Positions 10,141 through 20,837 of a DNA stretch of 64,000 nt are shown here, piece by piece. A program made the position numbers and the translations under genes. The stretch's first letter is position 1; each line of letters starts with the position of its first letter. The notes under the pieces are model-generated. The model worked only from the letters and a program-made list of their open reading frames with translations, had not been told where the DNA came from and ran no database searches. Source of the DNA: Promethearchaeia archaeon (lineage in GTDB: Archaea > Asgardarchaeota > Lokiarchaeia > Sigyniarchaeales > SOKP01); the NCBI GenBank assembly GCA_029856045.1, contig JAHQWG010000033.1, positions 32,001-96,000 on the forward strand, in the 5' to 3' direction.

Positions 10141-11427
10141 GTGATAAGAATGAAAGTTGAAATTTCAAATGATGATTCCGAATATATGTATAATGTTATA
10201 AAAGATATTATAGAAAAATTTGGACCAAGAATGCCATGTAGTCCTGCAGAAGCACAAACAGCTGAATATATTAAAAAAAAACTTGAAAAGACATGTAATG
10301 AAGTTATTGTTGAACCATTTAAGTGTCACCCACGGGCTTTTTTGGGGTGGATAAGGATTGACATTTTATTAATTAGCATCTCAATTTTAAACTTTTTATT
10401 AATGCCATTTATTGCACCAAATTTGCTCTCACGTATATTAGTAATTACTATCGCTGTGATTCTTAATATTTTTGCATTCTTGATACTTTGGAACGAATTT
10501 TTTAATTATAGAGAGTTTATAGATAAATTATTTAAAGAAAGGAATTCGCAAAACGTCGTAGGAAAGATTAAAGCAAAAGAAGAATTGAAAAAAATTATTG
10601 TTTTTTCAGGACACCATGATAGTGCTCTACAATTTAACCTTTTACGATATTTAAAGTTTGGGTATGTGATTATTATTTTTCTGGGATTAAGTGTATTGTT
10701 TATATGGATAATAGGTTCAATAATTATATTTATCATAATATTTTTTAACTTGGAATATGCGTTATTGTATAATTTTACTGTTATTCTCTTTATAATCGGC
10801 ATCCCTGCTTTTATTGGGTTATTTTTTTTCGTATCAAGTGGCGAAAAAGCGAATAAAGTCCCAGGAGCTATTGATAATCTTAGTGCTGTTGCTGTTATAT
10901 TAGGTCTCGGAAAATATCTTAAAACTCATAAACAAATTATTCCAAATAACACAGAAATTCGTTTAATCTCATTTGGATGCGAGGAAGCTGGCTTAAGAGG
11001 TGCTTATCGATATGTTGCACGTCATTTTGAAGAATTAAAAAAAAAAGATGCAGAAATAATAAATATGGATGGCATTCAGAGTGATGAAAAATTTTATATA
11101 ATAGAATATGAACCTACGACAAGAACGAGACATTCACCAGAAATAGTGCAAAAAATAAATAAATCCGCAGATCTGGTTGATCTTAATATTAAACCATTTG
11201 GTTCTGGTTTTATAGAGAAACTTATAGGACAAATTAGTGGGGGAACTGACGCAACTGCATTTTCAAAAGTTAAAATTAAGGCAGCAACTTTTGCGTCAAT
11301 GAATTTCAGCAAATTTTTGTCTTTCTATCATCAACCCACAGATAATATAGAAATAGTAAATAAGATTGCACTCACAAATGCACTAAAGATTTGTATCGGT
11401 TATTTGATTAATGAATCGAATTATTAA
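10141..11427 (+). CDS. Membrane-embedded M28 family metallopeptidase
   Basis: SGHHDS, GAIDNLS, GCEEAGLRG, NMD, GTDA, YHQPTD, with hydrophobic hairpins inserted. Confidence 0.88.
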   Translation: MIRMKVEISNDDSEYMYNVIKDIIEKFGPRMPCSPAEAQTAEYIKKKLEKTCNEVIVEPFKCHPRAFLGWIRIDILLISISILNFLLMPFIAPNLLSRILVITIAVILNIFAFLILWNEFFNYREFIDKLFKERNSQNVVGKIKAKEELKKIIVFSGHHDSALQFNLLRYLKFGYVIIIFLGLSVLFIWIIGSIIIFIIIFFNLEYALLYNFTVILFIIGIPAFIGLFFFVSSGEKANKVPGAIDNLSAVAVILGLGKYLKTHKQIIPNNTEIRLISFGCEEAGLRGAYRYVARHFEELKKKDAEIINMDGIQSDEKFYIIEYEPTTRTRHSPEIVQKINKSADLVDLNIKPFGSGFIEKLIGQISGGTDATAFSKVKIKAATFASMNFSKFLSFYHQPTDNIEIVNKIALTNALKICIGYLINESNY

Positions 11428-11732
11428 TTTATTAAAATTTTTCTTTATATATTTTCATCAATTTTGGGAAATCTATCTACTTAACAAATGATAATTAATA
11501 TTGGGAATTTAGTGGGATTTCTACCATAAAATTGATCAATCTCCTAAATACCTCTGAATTTTTATAAAAATTTAATTAGAAATTTTTATATCCCCATAAA
11601 TGGTAAAAATTTTTAATGAATTTCAGATAAAAATATTGATTTTTGATTAAAATGTGATAATATTTAAATAGAGATAAAATGAATATTAAATCGATATAAC
11701 AATAAAAAATTTTTTAAAAAGTGATATGAAAA

Positions 11733-13118
11733 ATGGAAACAAAAACTAGAAATATAATTATTGTCGTTGTAATAATTGCTATAATCGCTGGTGTAGGTAT
11801 TCCACTTGGAATGGTGTTTTTAGGACCTAAATATGGAGCAGTTCAACCAGGCGTCCTTCTTACTCCAGGAGCCCCAGCTGATGTTGCAAGCAATCGAATA
11901 ATTAAAATCGGAGTATTGGGTTCATTAACTGATATACAAGGTGAAGGTCAATGGAATGGAGTATATATGGCAGCAGATGAGATAAACACCGATGGTGGAG
12001 TTGATATCGGAGGAGTAACGTATTATTTTGGAATTGTAGGTGAGGATACCTTTGAATCCGATGCCCAGCTCGATATAACCAAGGGAACGACTGCCGCAAC
12101 GAAAATGATGACACAACATGAACCCAACTTTTGCATTGGTGGATTCAGAACGGAATCGTTATTAGCATACCAAGAAATTGTAATGGATGAAAAAATTGTC
12201 TTTATTAATACAGGTGCGTCTACAGATTGTTTCGCCCAACAGGTTCTTGATGACTACGATACATATAAATATATGTTCAGAACGATGCCTATCAACTCAT
12301 CGGCCTTAGGAGCACAAATTATTACTCTTTTTGGAGCATTTGCAGCGGTTTTGCCAGCAACCTTAGGTAAACCAGTTAATAAAGTTGTGATTGTAAGAGA
12401 GGATCTTGACTGGACACTTCCAATGGACGCTGCTCTAAACTATTACTTACCTTTATTCGGTTATACGATCTTGGATGATATAGCTTATCCAATCACTGCT
12501 ACATCCGAAGATTTCGCCACAATATGGCAAAGCATTCAAGATCAAGGAGCCCAATTAGTTATTCCCGTAATATCTGGAACGACAGGGATTACTTTTACCA
12601 CTCAATATGCACAAATTCAACCAAAATGTCTTATTGCTGGTATTGATGTTCAAGCACAGTTGGATTCTTACTGGGCTGATACGAATGGAGGTTGCGAACA
12701 CGAAATTATAATGCAAACATTATGTCGTACGAATAAAACACCAACTTCACTTGCATTTTGGGATAGATGGCTAGCTAATTTCGGTGAATCACCTCTTTAT
12801 ACGGCTGTAGGTTCCTATGACAGCGTATATATGATGAAAGACGTGATTGAAGCATGTGATTCCATTGATTCTGATGACCTTGTGGCTGAAATGGAGAAAA
12901 TCACTCCTGAAAATCCGAGTCTTATTTCAGTAGCGACATTAGAATTTGGATGGACAAAATCTCATGATGTAATGGCAGGTTGGCCATATGGAACCACCTT
13001 ATTCGTTCAATGGCAAGCGGGCGGAGCAAAAGAGTGCATAACAACTGGTGGTGCTCTTTATCCAGACTCTATTGTAACAGCACCTATGACGTTCCCATCT
13101 TGGGGTATAAACGATTAA
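11733..13118 (+). CDS. ABC transporter substrate-binding protein (LivJ/K-like, periplasmic binding protein type 1), N-terminally anchored
   Basis: N-terminal TM, IKIGVLGSLT, ADEINTDGG, IGGFRTE. Lies upstream of livHMGF. Confidence 0.9.
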   Translation: METKTRNIIIVVVIIAIIAGVGIPLGMVFLGPKYGAVQPGVLLTPGAPADVASNRIIKIGVLGSLTDIQGEGQWNGVYMAADEINTDGGVDIGGVTYYFGIVGEDTFESDAQLDITKGTTAATKMMTQHEPNFCIGGFRTESLLAYQEIVMDEKIVFINTGASTDCFAQQVLDDYDTYKYMFRTMPINSSALGAQIITLFGAFAAVLPATLGKPVNKVVIVREDLDWTLPMDAALNYYLPLFGYTILDDIAYPITATSEDFATIWQSIQDQGAQLVIPVISGTTGITFTTQYAQIQPKCLIAGIDVQAQLDSYWADTNGGCEHEIIMQTLCRTNKTPTSLAFWDRWLANFGESPLYTAVGSYDSVYMMKDVIEACDSIDSDDLVAEMEKITPENPSLISVATLEFGWTKSHDVMAGWPYGTTLFVQWQAGGAKECITTGGALYPDSIVTAPMTFPSWGIND

Positions 13119-13146
13119 ATTTAACAAGAAAAACAAATTTAACTCT

Positions 13147-13158
13147 ATTTTTTTTTTT
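13147..13158 (+). terminator. Oligo-T tract after the substrate-binding protein gene (archaeal-type terminator candidate)
   Basis: A run of about 12 T roughly 30 nt after the stop codon. Confidence 0.4.
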
Positions 13159-13539
13159 AAAATTAATAATATCAACTATTCTTTTTACCCATTTTTATTA
13201 ATTTATCTATCTTAAAATCAGAATTTAGGTTCAAAAATTTAAAAAAATTAGATGATCTCAAAAGAGATGAAATTTTATTATCTATTACAATTTATTGTTT
13301 AACTTTTTTATATCCTTAAAATTATTTATTTAACGATTAAAAATAATTTTTATGAAAAGTAAGAGTGTTATTAGTAAATATAAACGAATTTGTAAAAGAA
13401 TTATTTTATAATCTCAATGAATTATAATAAATTCTTGAATTAGAAAAAGAAACGTTTTTAAAGAATTAAGTTTAATAAAAAATAATAAAAATAATATCAG
13501 ATTTTACTCTAAATAATGTTTAAATGAGCATGAATTGAT

Positions 13540-14403
13540 ATGATATTTCAAATTGAGAATGTATTAATTTTTGGAACAGTGCAAGGGTCAGTTTTAGCGC
13601 TGCTTGCTTTAGGTTTTTCTCTGGTTTTTGGGGTAGGGGGTGTTTTGAATTTAGGTCACGGTGCTTTTTATTTAATTACTTGTTATGTATTTTATTTAAT
13701 CTGGAGGGTTTTATTTTTTGATCTCATAATTAGTATAATACTCTCATTAATTATTGCAATAATTGTAGGAGGTGTTGTATATCTAGCTTTGATAAAACCT
13801 TTACAAGATTCTCACATAGGAATTGTGATTGTTACATTTGCATTTGCCGTTTTCATGCAGGAGTTTGTAAAAGTAATAGCTGGAATTAAACCACATTATA
13901 TTTCTCCTTTTATTTTCGGTAGCGTAGAGTTTTTAGGAGTTACATTCCCAATTCAGTTCGTTTTTGTAATAATTGGATCTTTAATTCTTGTATTTCTAGT
14001 TGGATTATTTATTAGCAAAACAAAGATAGGAAAATCAATTCGTGCAGTTTCCCAAGATCGTGAGGCAGCGTTGCTTATGGGTATTAATGCAGATAGAATC
14101 CTTATGATAACTGTTATGATCTCTGCTTTTCTAGCGGGTATGGCTGCAATTTTATATGCTCCCACTTCTGCTATAACAATTGATATGGGATGGAGTTTTC
14201 TATTAAGCGCTTTTGCAGTTTCTGTTTTTGGAGGTATGGGAAGTACCTCAGGATGTGTCCTTGGAGCCTTTATTATGGGTTATGCAAAAACTTTTTGTAG
14301 TGTTTTTATTAGTCCAACTTTAGCTACAGTATTTCCACTTTTAGTTATAGTAGTCATGCTTTTAGTTAGACCTCAAGGTTTGCTAGGAAAGAAGGAGGTG
14401 TAA
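13540..14403 (+). CDS. livH: Branched-chain amino acid-type ABC permease LivH
   Basis: ALGFSLVFGVGGVLNLGHG, GKSIRAVSQDREAALLMGIN, GGMGS, RPQGLLG. Confidence 0.93.
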   Translation: MIFQIENVLIFGTVQGSVLALLALGFSLVFGVGGVLNLGHGAFYLITCYVFYLIWRVLFFDLIISIILSLIIAIIVGGVVYLALIKPLQDSHIGIVIVTFAFAVFMQEFVKVIAGIKPHYISPFIFGSVEFLGVTFPIQFVFVIIGSLILVFLVGLFISKTKIGKSIRAVSQDREAALLMGINADRILMITVMISAFLAGMAAILYAPTSAITIDMGWSFLLSAFAVSVFGGMGSTSGCVLGAFIMGYAKTFCSVFISPTLATVFPLLVIVVMLLVRPQGLLGKKEV

Positions 14404-14410
14404 TAAAAAA

Positions 14411-15508
14411 TTGCCTAAAAAAATTAGAAGCAAAGTTTCTAATACTGTATCGGGTACTAAAAATTTTTTTCTAGGAATACCAAGAGCAACTAGAAATTTA
14501 TATAAAGAAATTCCTCATCAAGTAAAAAGTTTTAAAGAGTGGATATTTACTTTCAGAGGAAGCTTGACTATATTATGTTTAATTGGTACGATTCTTGTTC
14601 CACTGATTACTATGGATGATTATATAATGACTATTTTAATTTCTTTTTTGGTTTTTTCAATTTTTGCTGCCAGTTGGGATCTCTTAGCGGGATATACAGG
14701 ACAAGTCAGTTTTGGGCATTCCGTTTTTTTCGGAATAGGGGCTTATGTCGCAGCAGCTTTTGTTAAAATGGCTGGATTACCTTGGTTTTTTTCTATGATC
14801 ATTGGGGCTGTTGCGGCTATATTAGTTGGTTTGATTATAGGCATTCCCTGTCTTAGGTTAAAAGGACCATATTTAGCATTAGGAACCCAAGCATTTAGTT
14901 TAATTTTGTTTAATTTATTTATGTCGGGGGAATTAAAGGACATTCTTGGAAGCACCGAAGGAATCTCAGCACTTCCTGCAATGTCAGAAGCCCATATTGT
15001 GACTTTCTTCTTTATTTTGATTATTATGGTAATATCCTTTATCATTTTGACTATTATAGTTAAATCAAATATTGGAACTATATTTAAAGCAATCCGTGAT
15101 GATGAAACCGCAGCGGATGCCTCAGGTATCAATACCACGAAATATAAATTAATCGCATTTATGATTAGTGGTTTTTTTGCTGGGATTGCTGGTGGACTTT
15201 TTGCGTTGAATTCAAGGGCTGTAAATCCTTCTGTTTTTCTAGCCCTCTACTCATTTTACGCAATTGTTATGGTAGCATTAGGTGGAATCGCTACAATCTC
15301 TGGTTCTGTTGTGGGAGCTTTTATCTATTGGGTTATACTTACTGAATTATTTAAACCTATGGGAGCCTTGGGGACAATTTTTCTGTATTTTCCAACATTA
15401 ATTTCTGCTCTCATCTTAATAATTATGATCCGTTTTGCTGATCAAGGAATATTAAAACCAGCCTTGGAGCATATTAGAGAATTTTATGATTTCTTATTAG
15501 GAAGATAA
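14411..15508 (+). CDS. livM: Branched-chain amino acid-type ABC permease LivM
   Basis: GYTGQVSFGH, RLKGPYLAL, AIRDDETAA. Confidence 0.93.
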   Translation: MPKKIRSKVSNTVSGTKNFFLGIPRATRNLYKEIPHQVKSFKEWIFTFRGSLTILCLIGTILVPLITMDDYIMTILISFLVFSIFAASWDLLAGYTGQVSFGHSVFFGIGAYVAAAFVKMAGLPWFFSMIIGAVAAILVGLIIGIPCLRLKGPYLALGTQAFSLILFNLFMSGELKDILGSTEGISALPAMSEAHIVTFFFILIIMVISFIILTIIVKSNIGTIFKAIRDDETAADASGINTTKYKLIAFMISGFFAGIAGGLFALNSRAVNPSVFLALYSFYAIVMVALGGIATISGSVVGAFIYWVILTELFKPMGALGTIFLYFPTLISALILIIMIRFADQGILKPALEHIREFYDFLLGR

Positions 15509-15553
15509 AAAGTTATTTAAATTAAAAAAATATAAACAATGTTGATTTAGAAA

Positions 15554-16294
15554 ATGGGAGTAATTTTGGAAGTTAAAAATTTAACGAAAAAGTTTGGAGG
15601 ATTAACAGCGGTTAACGACTTCAGTTTTGAAATAAAACGAGGAGAATTTGTAGGACTTATTGGTCCAAATGGTGCAGGCAAAACTACTGTTTTCAATTTA
15701 ATTTCTGGATTTGAAAAACCAAACTCGGGCTCAATCAGATTTGATGGGATGGATATTACTGGGTTAAAACCTTACCAAATTGTAAATTTGGGTCTTGTGA
15801 GAACATTTCAGTTAGTTAGATCATTTCATTATATGTCAGTGCTTGATAATGTTTCTGTTGCATGTCTTTCACCAAGAGGTAAGAAGGCTTCCGAAAAAGT
15901 AGGACTCGACAAGTATGCAAGTAGAATTCTTTCCGAAGTGGGACTTATAGATAAAGCTAGGTTCCCCCCAGTTATATTACCTCATGGTGATTTAAGAAGA
16001 CTTGAGATTGGTAAAGCTGCTGGTACTAACCCTCAGATACTTCTTCTTGATGAGCCATTTAGTGGTCTCTCTTATGAAGAACAGGAACATATACATGCGT
16101 TAATAAGACGATTAAGTAATGAAGGTGTTACAATTTTTATTACAGGGCATGTATTACGCGAATTAATGAATTTAGTTCCAAGAGTGATTGCTATGCATCA
16201 AGGTAAATTCATTACTGATGGTTCCCCTCAGGAGGTTGCCAATCATAAACTTGTACTGGAAGCATATTTAGGTAGAGGTGGTGGAATTGCTTGA
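15554..16294 (+). CDS. livG: ABC ATP-binding protein LivG
   Basis: FGGLTAV, GPNGAGKTT, RTFQ, LLLDEP. Confidence 0.93.
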   Translation: MGVILEVKNLTKKFGGLTAVNDFSFEIKRGEFVGLIGPNGAGKTTVFNLISGFEKPNSGSIRFDGMDITGLKPYQIVNLGLVRTFQLVRSFHYMSVLDNVSVACLSPRGKKASEKVGLDKYASRILSEVGLIDKARFPPVILPHGDLRRLEIGKAAGTNPQILLLDEPFSGLSYEEQEHIHALIRRLSNEGVTIFITGHVLRELMNLVPRVIAMHQGKFITDGSPQEVANHKLVLEAYLGRGGGIA

Positions 16295-16991
16295 GATTAG
16301 AAAAATTTACCATTATTATGATAAAGCAAAAGCCCTTGAAGAGATTAACTTAACAGTTGAAGAAGGATCATTAGATGCTGTTATTGGTCCAAATGGTGCA
16401 GGTAAATCAACTCTACTCCGAGTAATATCCCGTTTAGAGGAACCTGATAGAGGGAAAGTTATGTTTATGGGTGAAAGGATCGATGAATTGGAAGCTTATC
16501 AGATTGCTAGAAAGGGCATAGCACATTGCCCAGAGCGTCGAAAACTATTTTATGATATGTCCGTTCTTGAAAACCTTGAAATGGGAGCTTATTCACTTAA
16601 AGATAAGAAAAAATTTCATGAACTACTAAACTTTATATTCGAAATATTCCCACGTCTTAAAGAACGCAAAAAACAGCGATCAGGAACCCTCAGTGGGGGT
16701 GAGCAACAAATGCTTGCAATAGGTCGCGCATTGATGGCTAATCCAAAGCTTCTTTTAATGGATGAACCTTCTTTAGGATTGGCTCCAAAAGTAAAAACAA
16801 AGATTTTCGAAGCTATTGAAAAAATAAAACATGAAGGTACAACCACTTTATTAGTTGAACAAGACGCAGTATTAGCTATGGCTGTAGCCGAGAATATTTA
16901 TGTTCTTGAAGAAGGAAAAATCGAAATTAGAGGTACTAAAGAAGAACTTGAAAGAGAACCACGAATAAAAAAGGTTTATTTAGGAATATAA
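16278..16991 (+). CDS. livF: ABC ATP-binding protein LivF
   Basis: GPNGAGKST, FPRLKER, LSGGEQQMLAIGRALM, DEPSLGLAP. Confidence 0.95.
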   Translation: MVELLEIRKIYHYYDKAKALEEINLTVEEGSLDAVIGPNGAGKSTLLRVISRLEEPDRGKVMFMGERIDELEAYQIARKGIAHCPERRKLFYDMSVLENLEMGAYSLKDKKKFHELLNFIFEIFPRLKERKKQRSGTLSGGEQQMLAIGRALMANPKLLLMDEPSLGLAPKVKTKIFEAIEKIKHEGTTTLLVEQDAVLAMAVAENIYVLEEGKIEIRGTKEELEREPRIKKVYLGI

Positions 16992-17002
16992 GGAGGTTAA
17001 AA

Positions 17003-18343
17003 ATGTCAGCACCTATAGAAAAATTGTTAAGAGATGCTAAAGTTGATTTAGTGGTTGCACGGGTTGAAAAAGATCCATCGGTTATAAATGATATAATCGG
17101 ATATTTAAAAAGTGAGATTAGATCAATTCGATTTAATGCTGTATTAGCACTAGGTAAAGTTGGTCAAAAAGCCACCGTGGGAGTATCCAATCTAGCGGAA
17201 TGTTTAGCAGATGACGATTGGAGTATATGTCGTGAAGTTGCGCGATCATTAGGAAAAATAGGAGCTCCGGCAAAAGATACCATCCCCGAGTTATGTAGGT
17301 ATATTAATAATAAAGAAATGTCGATTCGAAAAGAAGTTGTGATTTCTCTTGGGAAAATCGGTTTCGCAAGTCAAGAATCAATATCTAATTTAATTAATAG
17401 TCTAAATGATGAAAATGAAGAAATTCAAACAGAAGCCGCTAAATCACTTGGAATGATAGGTCCTGATGCCTATAATGCTATTCCCCACCTAATGAATAGC
17501 CTTAAAGATATAGGTTGGACTGTTAGAAATGCATCTGCTCAAGCAATAAGTAGAATTGGCGAAGGTTCTACAAGAGCAATTCCATCTCTTATAACGGCAC
17601 TTGAAGATCAAGATTGGAGAGTGCGATATCGAGTTATTGATACCCTTGCAGTGATGGGGCAAGAATCAGTTCCAGCCATTTTGGAAGTTATAAATTCTAA
17701 AAACCCTATCGTTAGAAAGGGAGCAATTGAGGCTTTAGGAGAATTAAAACTTGCTAATCCTGAAATCCTTGAAAAATTATCATTTTTACTGCATGACAAG
17801 GTTGAATATGTTCATGGAAAAGCTGCTGATGCACTTCGTAGTATAGGTAAAGAAGCAATTCCTGCTTTAATCAAAGAACTTAAAGTAGCAAATAAGGAAA
17901 TGAGAATTCTTATTATTTCTGCAATTGGGGGAATAGGTATTGATGCAACAGCTGCAATTCCAAGTTTGATTGAATCATTAAAGGATTCAAAAAGTTCAGT
18001 TCGGGTAGAAGCTTCAAGAGCATTAGGAAGAATAGGTCTAAATTCAGAAGATGCTATAATTGCTCTACAAGAAGCTCTAAATGATTCAAAAAGTATAGTA
18101 AAACGAGAAGCGGCACTTTCTCTGGGGAATATTGGTCTATTTGCTGCTAAAACAGTTCCTGCTTTAATTGAGTCATTAAAAGATAAGAAACCTGACGTTA
18201 GATGGAGAGTTTCTGAAGCCTTAGGAAAAATAGGAATTGATAATCCGAAAGTTATCGCAGCTCTAAAAAGTTTAGAACATGATAAATACGACTATGTGAG
18301 TGAATCTGCTTTAAATGCGCTTGATAATATCACAGAAAAATAA
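17003..18343 (+). CDS. HEAT-repeat (PBS-lyase-like) alpha-solenoid protein
   Basis: About 13 tandem ~31-34 aa repeats of the type AIP.LI..L.D....VR..AA.ALG.IG. An AGGAGGT SD overlaps the livF stop codon. Confidence 0.92.
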   Translation: MSAPIEKLLRDAKVDLVVARVEKDPSVINDIIGYLKSEIRSIRFNAVLALGKVGQKATVGVSNLAECLADDDWSICREVARSLGKIGAPAKDTIPELCRYINNKEMSIRKEVVISLGKIGFASQESISNLINSLNDENEEIQTEAAKSLGMIGPDAYNAIPHLMNSLKDIGWTVRNASAQAISRIGEGSTRAIPSLITALEDQDWRVRYRVIDTLAVMGQESVPAILEVINSKNPIVRKGAIEALGELKLANPEILEKLSFLLHDKVEYVHGKAADALRSIGKEAIPALIKELKVANKEMRILIISAIGGIGIDATAAIPSLIESLKDSKSSVRVEASRALGRIGLNSEDAIIALQEALNDSKSIVKREAALSLGNIGLFAAKTVPALIESLKDKKPDVRWRVSEALGKIGIDNPKVIAALKSLEHDKYDYVSESALNALDNITEK

Positions 18344-18454
18344 TAAAAATATTTAATTATTGATATAAAGAAAACTATTTATGTGCCTTTAATTAAATAA
18401 AATTAATGTTTATTATTTAAGAAGATGTAAAATGTTAGAGGTAAATATTGAAAA

Positions 18455-20146
18455 ATGAGTGAAAACCCTTATGCTAAGAAACCCTGGTTAAAATCATATG
18501 ATAAAGAAGTACCTCCACATATAGATTACCCAGAACATAATATTTATAAATTTCTTGATGATAATGCTAAAGATTTTGGACGAAGAACTGCGATTTGGTT
18601 CATGAAGAGGAAAATAACATATAATGAGTTTAAAGATGTCGCTGACAGGCTCGCTACAGCTCTTGTAGATTTAGGTGTAAAAAAAGGAGATGTCGTAGCT
18701 ATTATGATTCCAAATTTTCCTCAATTTCTTTTTAGTTTTTATGGTATCCAAAAAGCAGGTGGGATCGTTACAGCATGCAGTGTTCTTCAGACAGAACCTG
18801 AATTAGCATACCAATTAAATGATTCTGGTACAGAAATAATTATTGCGTGGGATGGACAGCTTGATAAAATTAATAAAATAAGAGACAAAACAAGACTTAG
18901 GCATGTAATTATTACAAATGCAATGGATTATATTCCAAACGCTTCTAGGGATCCTCCAGAAATAGCTGGAACTATACAATTTGTAAAATTAGTAAATAAT
19001 ACAAAACCAAACCCTCCAAAATTTGAGACTAATGCTAAAGAAGATATTTGTGTGCTCCAATATACTGGAGGAACAACCGGTCTACCAAAAGGAGCAATGC
19101 TTACACATTATAACCTTGTATCGAATTCTATTGTTGTTAATAAATGGGTAGGTTCAGAAGTAGAGAGGGGGAAAGATACGGGATTAACCAATTTACCGTT
19201 ATTCCATATTTATGGTATGACTGTTTGTATGAATTCACTGATTTTTAATGCTTCTACTCTCGCATTAAATCCAGACCCTCGAGATGAGAAATCATTATTT
19301 GAAATAATAAAAGCAACAAAACCTGCTCTGTTTCCTGGAGTGCCTACTATGTTTATGCATCTATTAGAGAGGGATGACCTTGAAGATTATGCTAAAGATC
19401 TAAGGTCCATCAGAATTTGCAATACAGGTGCCGCTGCTATGCCGCCTGAAGTTCTTAAAGAGTTTGAAAAAAGAACAGGTGGAAAAATAATTGAAGGATA
19501 TGGACTAACTGAAACATCCCCTGTTGCCACCACAAACCCAATAAATGGAATAAGAAAAATTGGTTCTATTGGTATACCAATTCCAGATACCGAGTTAAAA
19601 ATTGTTGATGTCGATGATTATACAAAGATTATGCCCTTAGGAGAAGAAGGAGAGATAATGATAAAAGGTCCTCAAGTCATGAAAGGATATTGGAATAAAC
19701 CTGAGGAAACGGCTAATCAAAAAAAGGGTGATTGGCTTTTAACAGGAGATATAGCCAAAATGGACGAAGATGGATATTTTTATATAGTTGATAGAAAAAA
19801 AGATATGATCGATGTTAGTGGATTTAAAGTCTATCCACGAGAAGTTGAAGATATCTTATTTGAGCACGAAGCCATCGCAAATGCAGCTACAATAGGAATT
19901 CCTAATCCTGACCTTCCTGGTAGTGAAAAGGTAAAATCATATGTTGTGTTAAAAGATGGTTATAAGGAAAGCGATGAATTAATAAGGGAAATAAGAGAAT
20001 TCTGCCGCAAAAGTCTTTCTCCATATAAAGTCCCCAAAATCATTGAATTTCGAAAGGAACTCCCAGAATCTTTAGTAGGTAAAGTACTCAGAAAAGAACT
20101 AAAGGATATAGAAGCTAAAAAAAGAGGAGAAGATGAAATTTATTAA
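18455..20146 (+). CDS. Long-chain fatty acid--CoA ligase (FadD/LcfA-like)
   Basis: QYTGGTTGLPKG, EGYGLTE, TGDIA, IVDRKKDMI, GKVLRK. Confidence 0.95.
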   Translation: MSENPYAKKPWLKSYDKEVPPHIDYPEHNIYKFLDDNAKDFGRRTAIWFMKRKITYNEFKDVADRLATALVDLGVKKGDVVAIMIPNFPQFLFSFYGIQKAGGIVTACSVLQTEPELAYQLNDSGTEIIIAWDGQLDKINKIRDKTRLRHVIITNAMDYIPNASRDPPEIAGTIQFVKLVNNTKPNPPKFETNAKEDICVLQYTGGTTGLPKGAMLTHYNLVSNSIVVNKWVGSEVERGKDTGLTNLPLFHIYGMTVCMNSLIFNASTLALNPDPRDEKSLFEIIKATKPALFPGVPTMFMHLLERDDLEDYAKDLRSIRICNTGAAAMPPEVLKEFEKRTGGKIIEGYGLTETSPVATTNPINGIRKIGSIGIPIPDTELKIVDVDDYTKIMPLGEEGEIMIKGPQVMKGYWNKPEETANQKKGDWLLTGDIAKMDEDGYFYIVDRKKDMIDVSGFKVYPREVEDILFEHEAIANAATIGIPNPDLPGSEKVKSYVVLKDGYKESDELIREIREFCRKSLSPYKVPKIIEFRKELPESLVGKVLRKELKDIEAKKRGEDEIY

Positions 20147-20339
20147 ATTTTCTCAAAAAACATTCTTATAAGTCTTTTTTTTAAAATCTCTTATTTTTTA
20201 ATCAGATTCAAAATCGTTTAATTTACTTTAATTTTTAAAATACAATAAGATTTTGATGTTGACTTCTTACCTAAAATAATACTTATCTAAATATATTCAA
20301 AATAAAAAAATAAGAAAAAAATAAAAATAAAAGAAAAAA

Positions 20340-20837
20340 TTATTTTGACTCTTCCAACATTTCAGATAATAGCCTCTTGACTGCGTCTATCCGGTTCTCA
20401 TCCCCAATTTGATCGACTGATTTTAGTGAAATAGCTTCTCTTGGGCATAATTCTATGCACTGAGGTTCATCGTATTCTGTAGATTCGCATAAATCGCAAA
20501 TTAAAACAATTCCTGATTCAGTACTTAAAGATATTGCTCCAAATGGACATGCACGAATACAAAAAGCACACCCAGTACATTTATCTTCATTTACTTTAAT
20601 TGAACCTGTTTTTTCATCTTTTTCTAATGCTTTTTGTGGGCACGCATTTACGCAATCAGGATCTTCACATTTTTGACATGATAAGGCAATATTTACTATC
20701 GGCTCAATACGAACTCTTTTTATCCTAGATAGAAGAGGGTTAAAAACTCCTTCATGAACAAAACTACACACGCTTTCGCATATTTCACACCCAATACACA
20801 AATCTGGGTCAACTACAATAAATTCATGTCTTGGCAT
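20340..20837 (-). CDS. 4Fe-4S dicluster electron-transfer subunit (AOR-associated)
   Basis: Multiple CxxCxxCxxxC motifs. Its start overlaps the aor stop. Confidence 0.93.
   Translation of the reverse strand: MPRHEFIVVDPDLCIGCEICESVCSFVHEGVFNPLLSRIKRVRIEPIVNIALSCQKCEDPDCVNACPQKALEKDEKTGSIKVNEDKCTGCAFCIRACPFGAISLSTESGIVLICDLCESTEYDEPQCIELCPREAISLKSVDQIGDENRIDAVKRLLSEMLEESK

Noticed and set aside
17003-18343. HEAT protein as an adaptin/COP large-subunit homolog partnering the mu-like protein
   Set aside because: The repeats are the short, regular PBS-lyase type common in prokaryotes, there is no appendage domain, and the gene is 38 kb away in a transporter operon.
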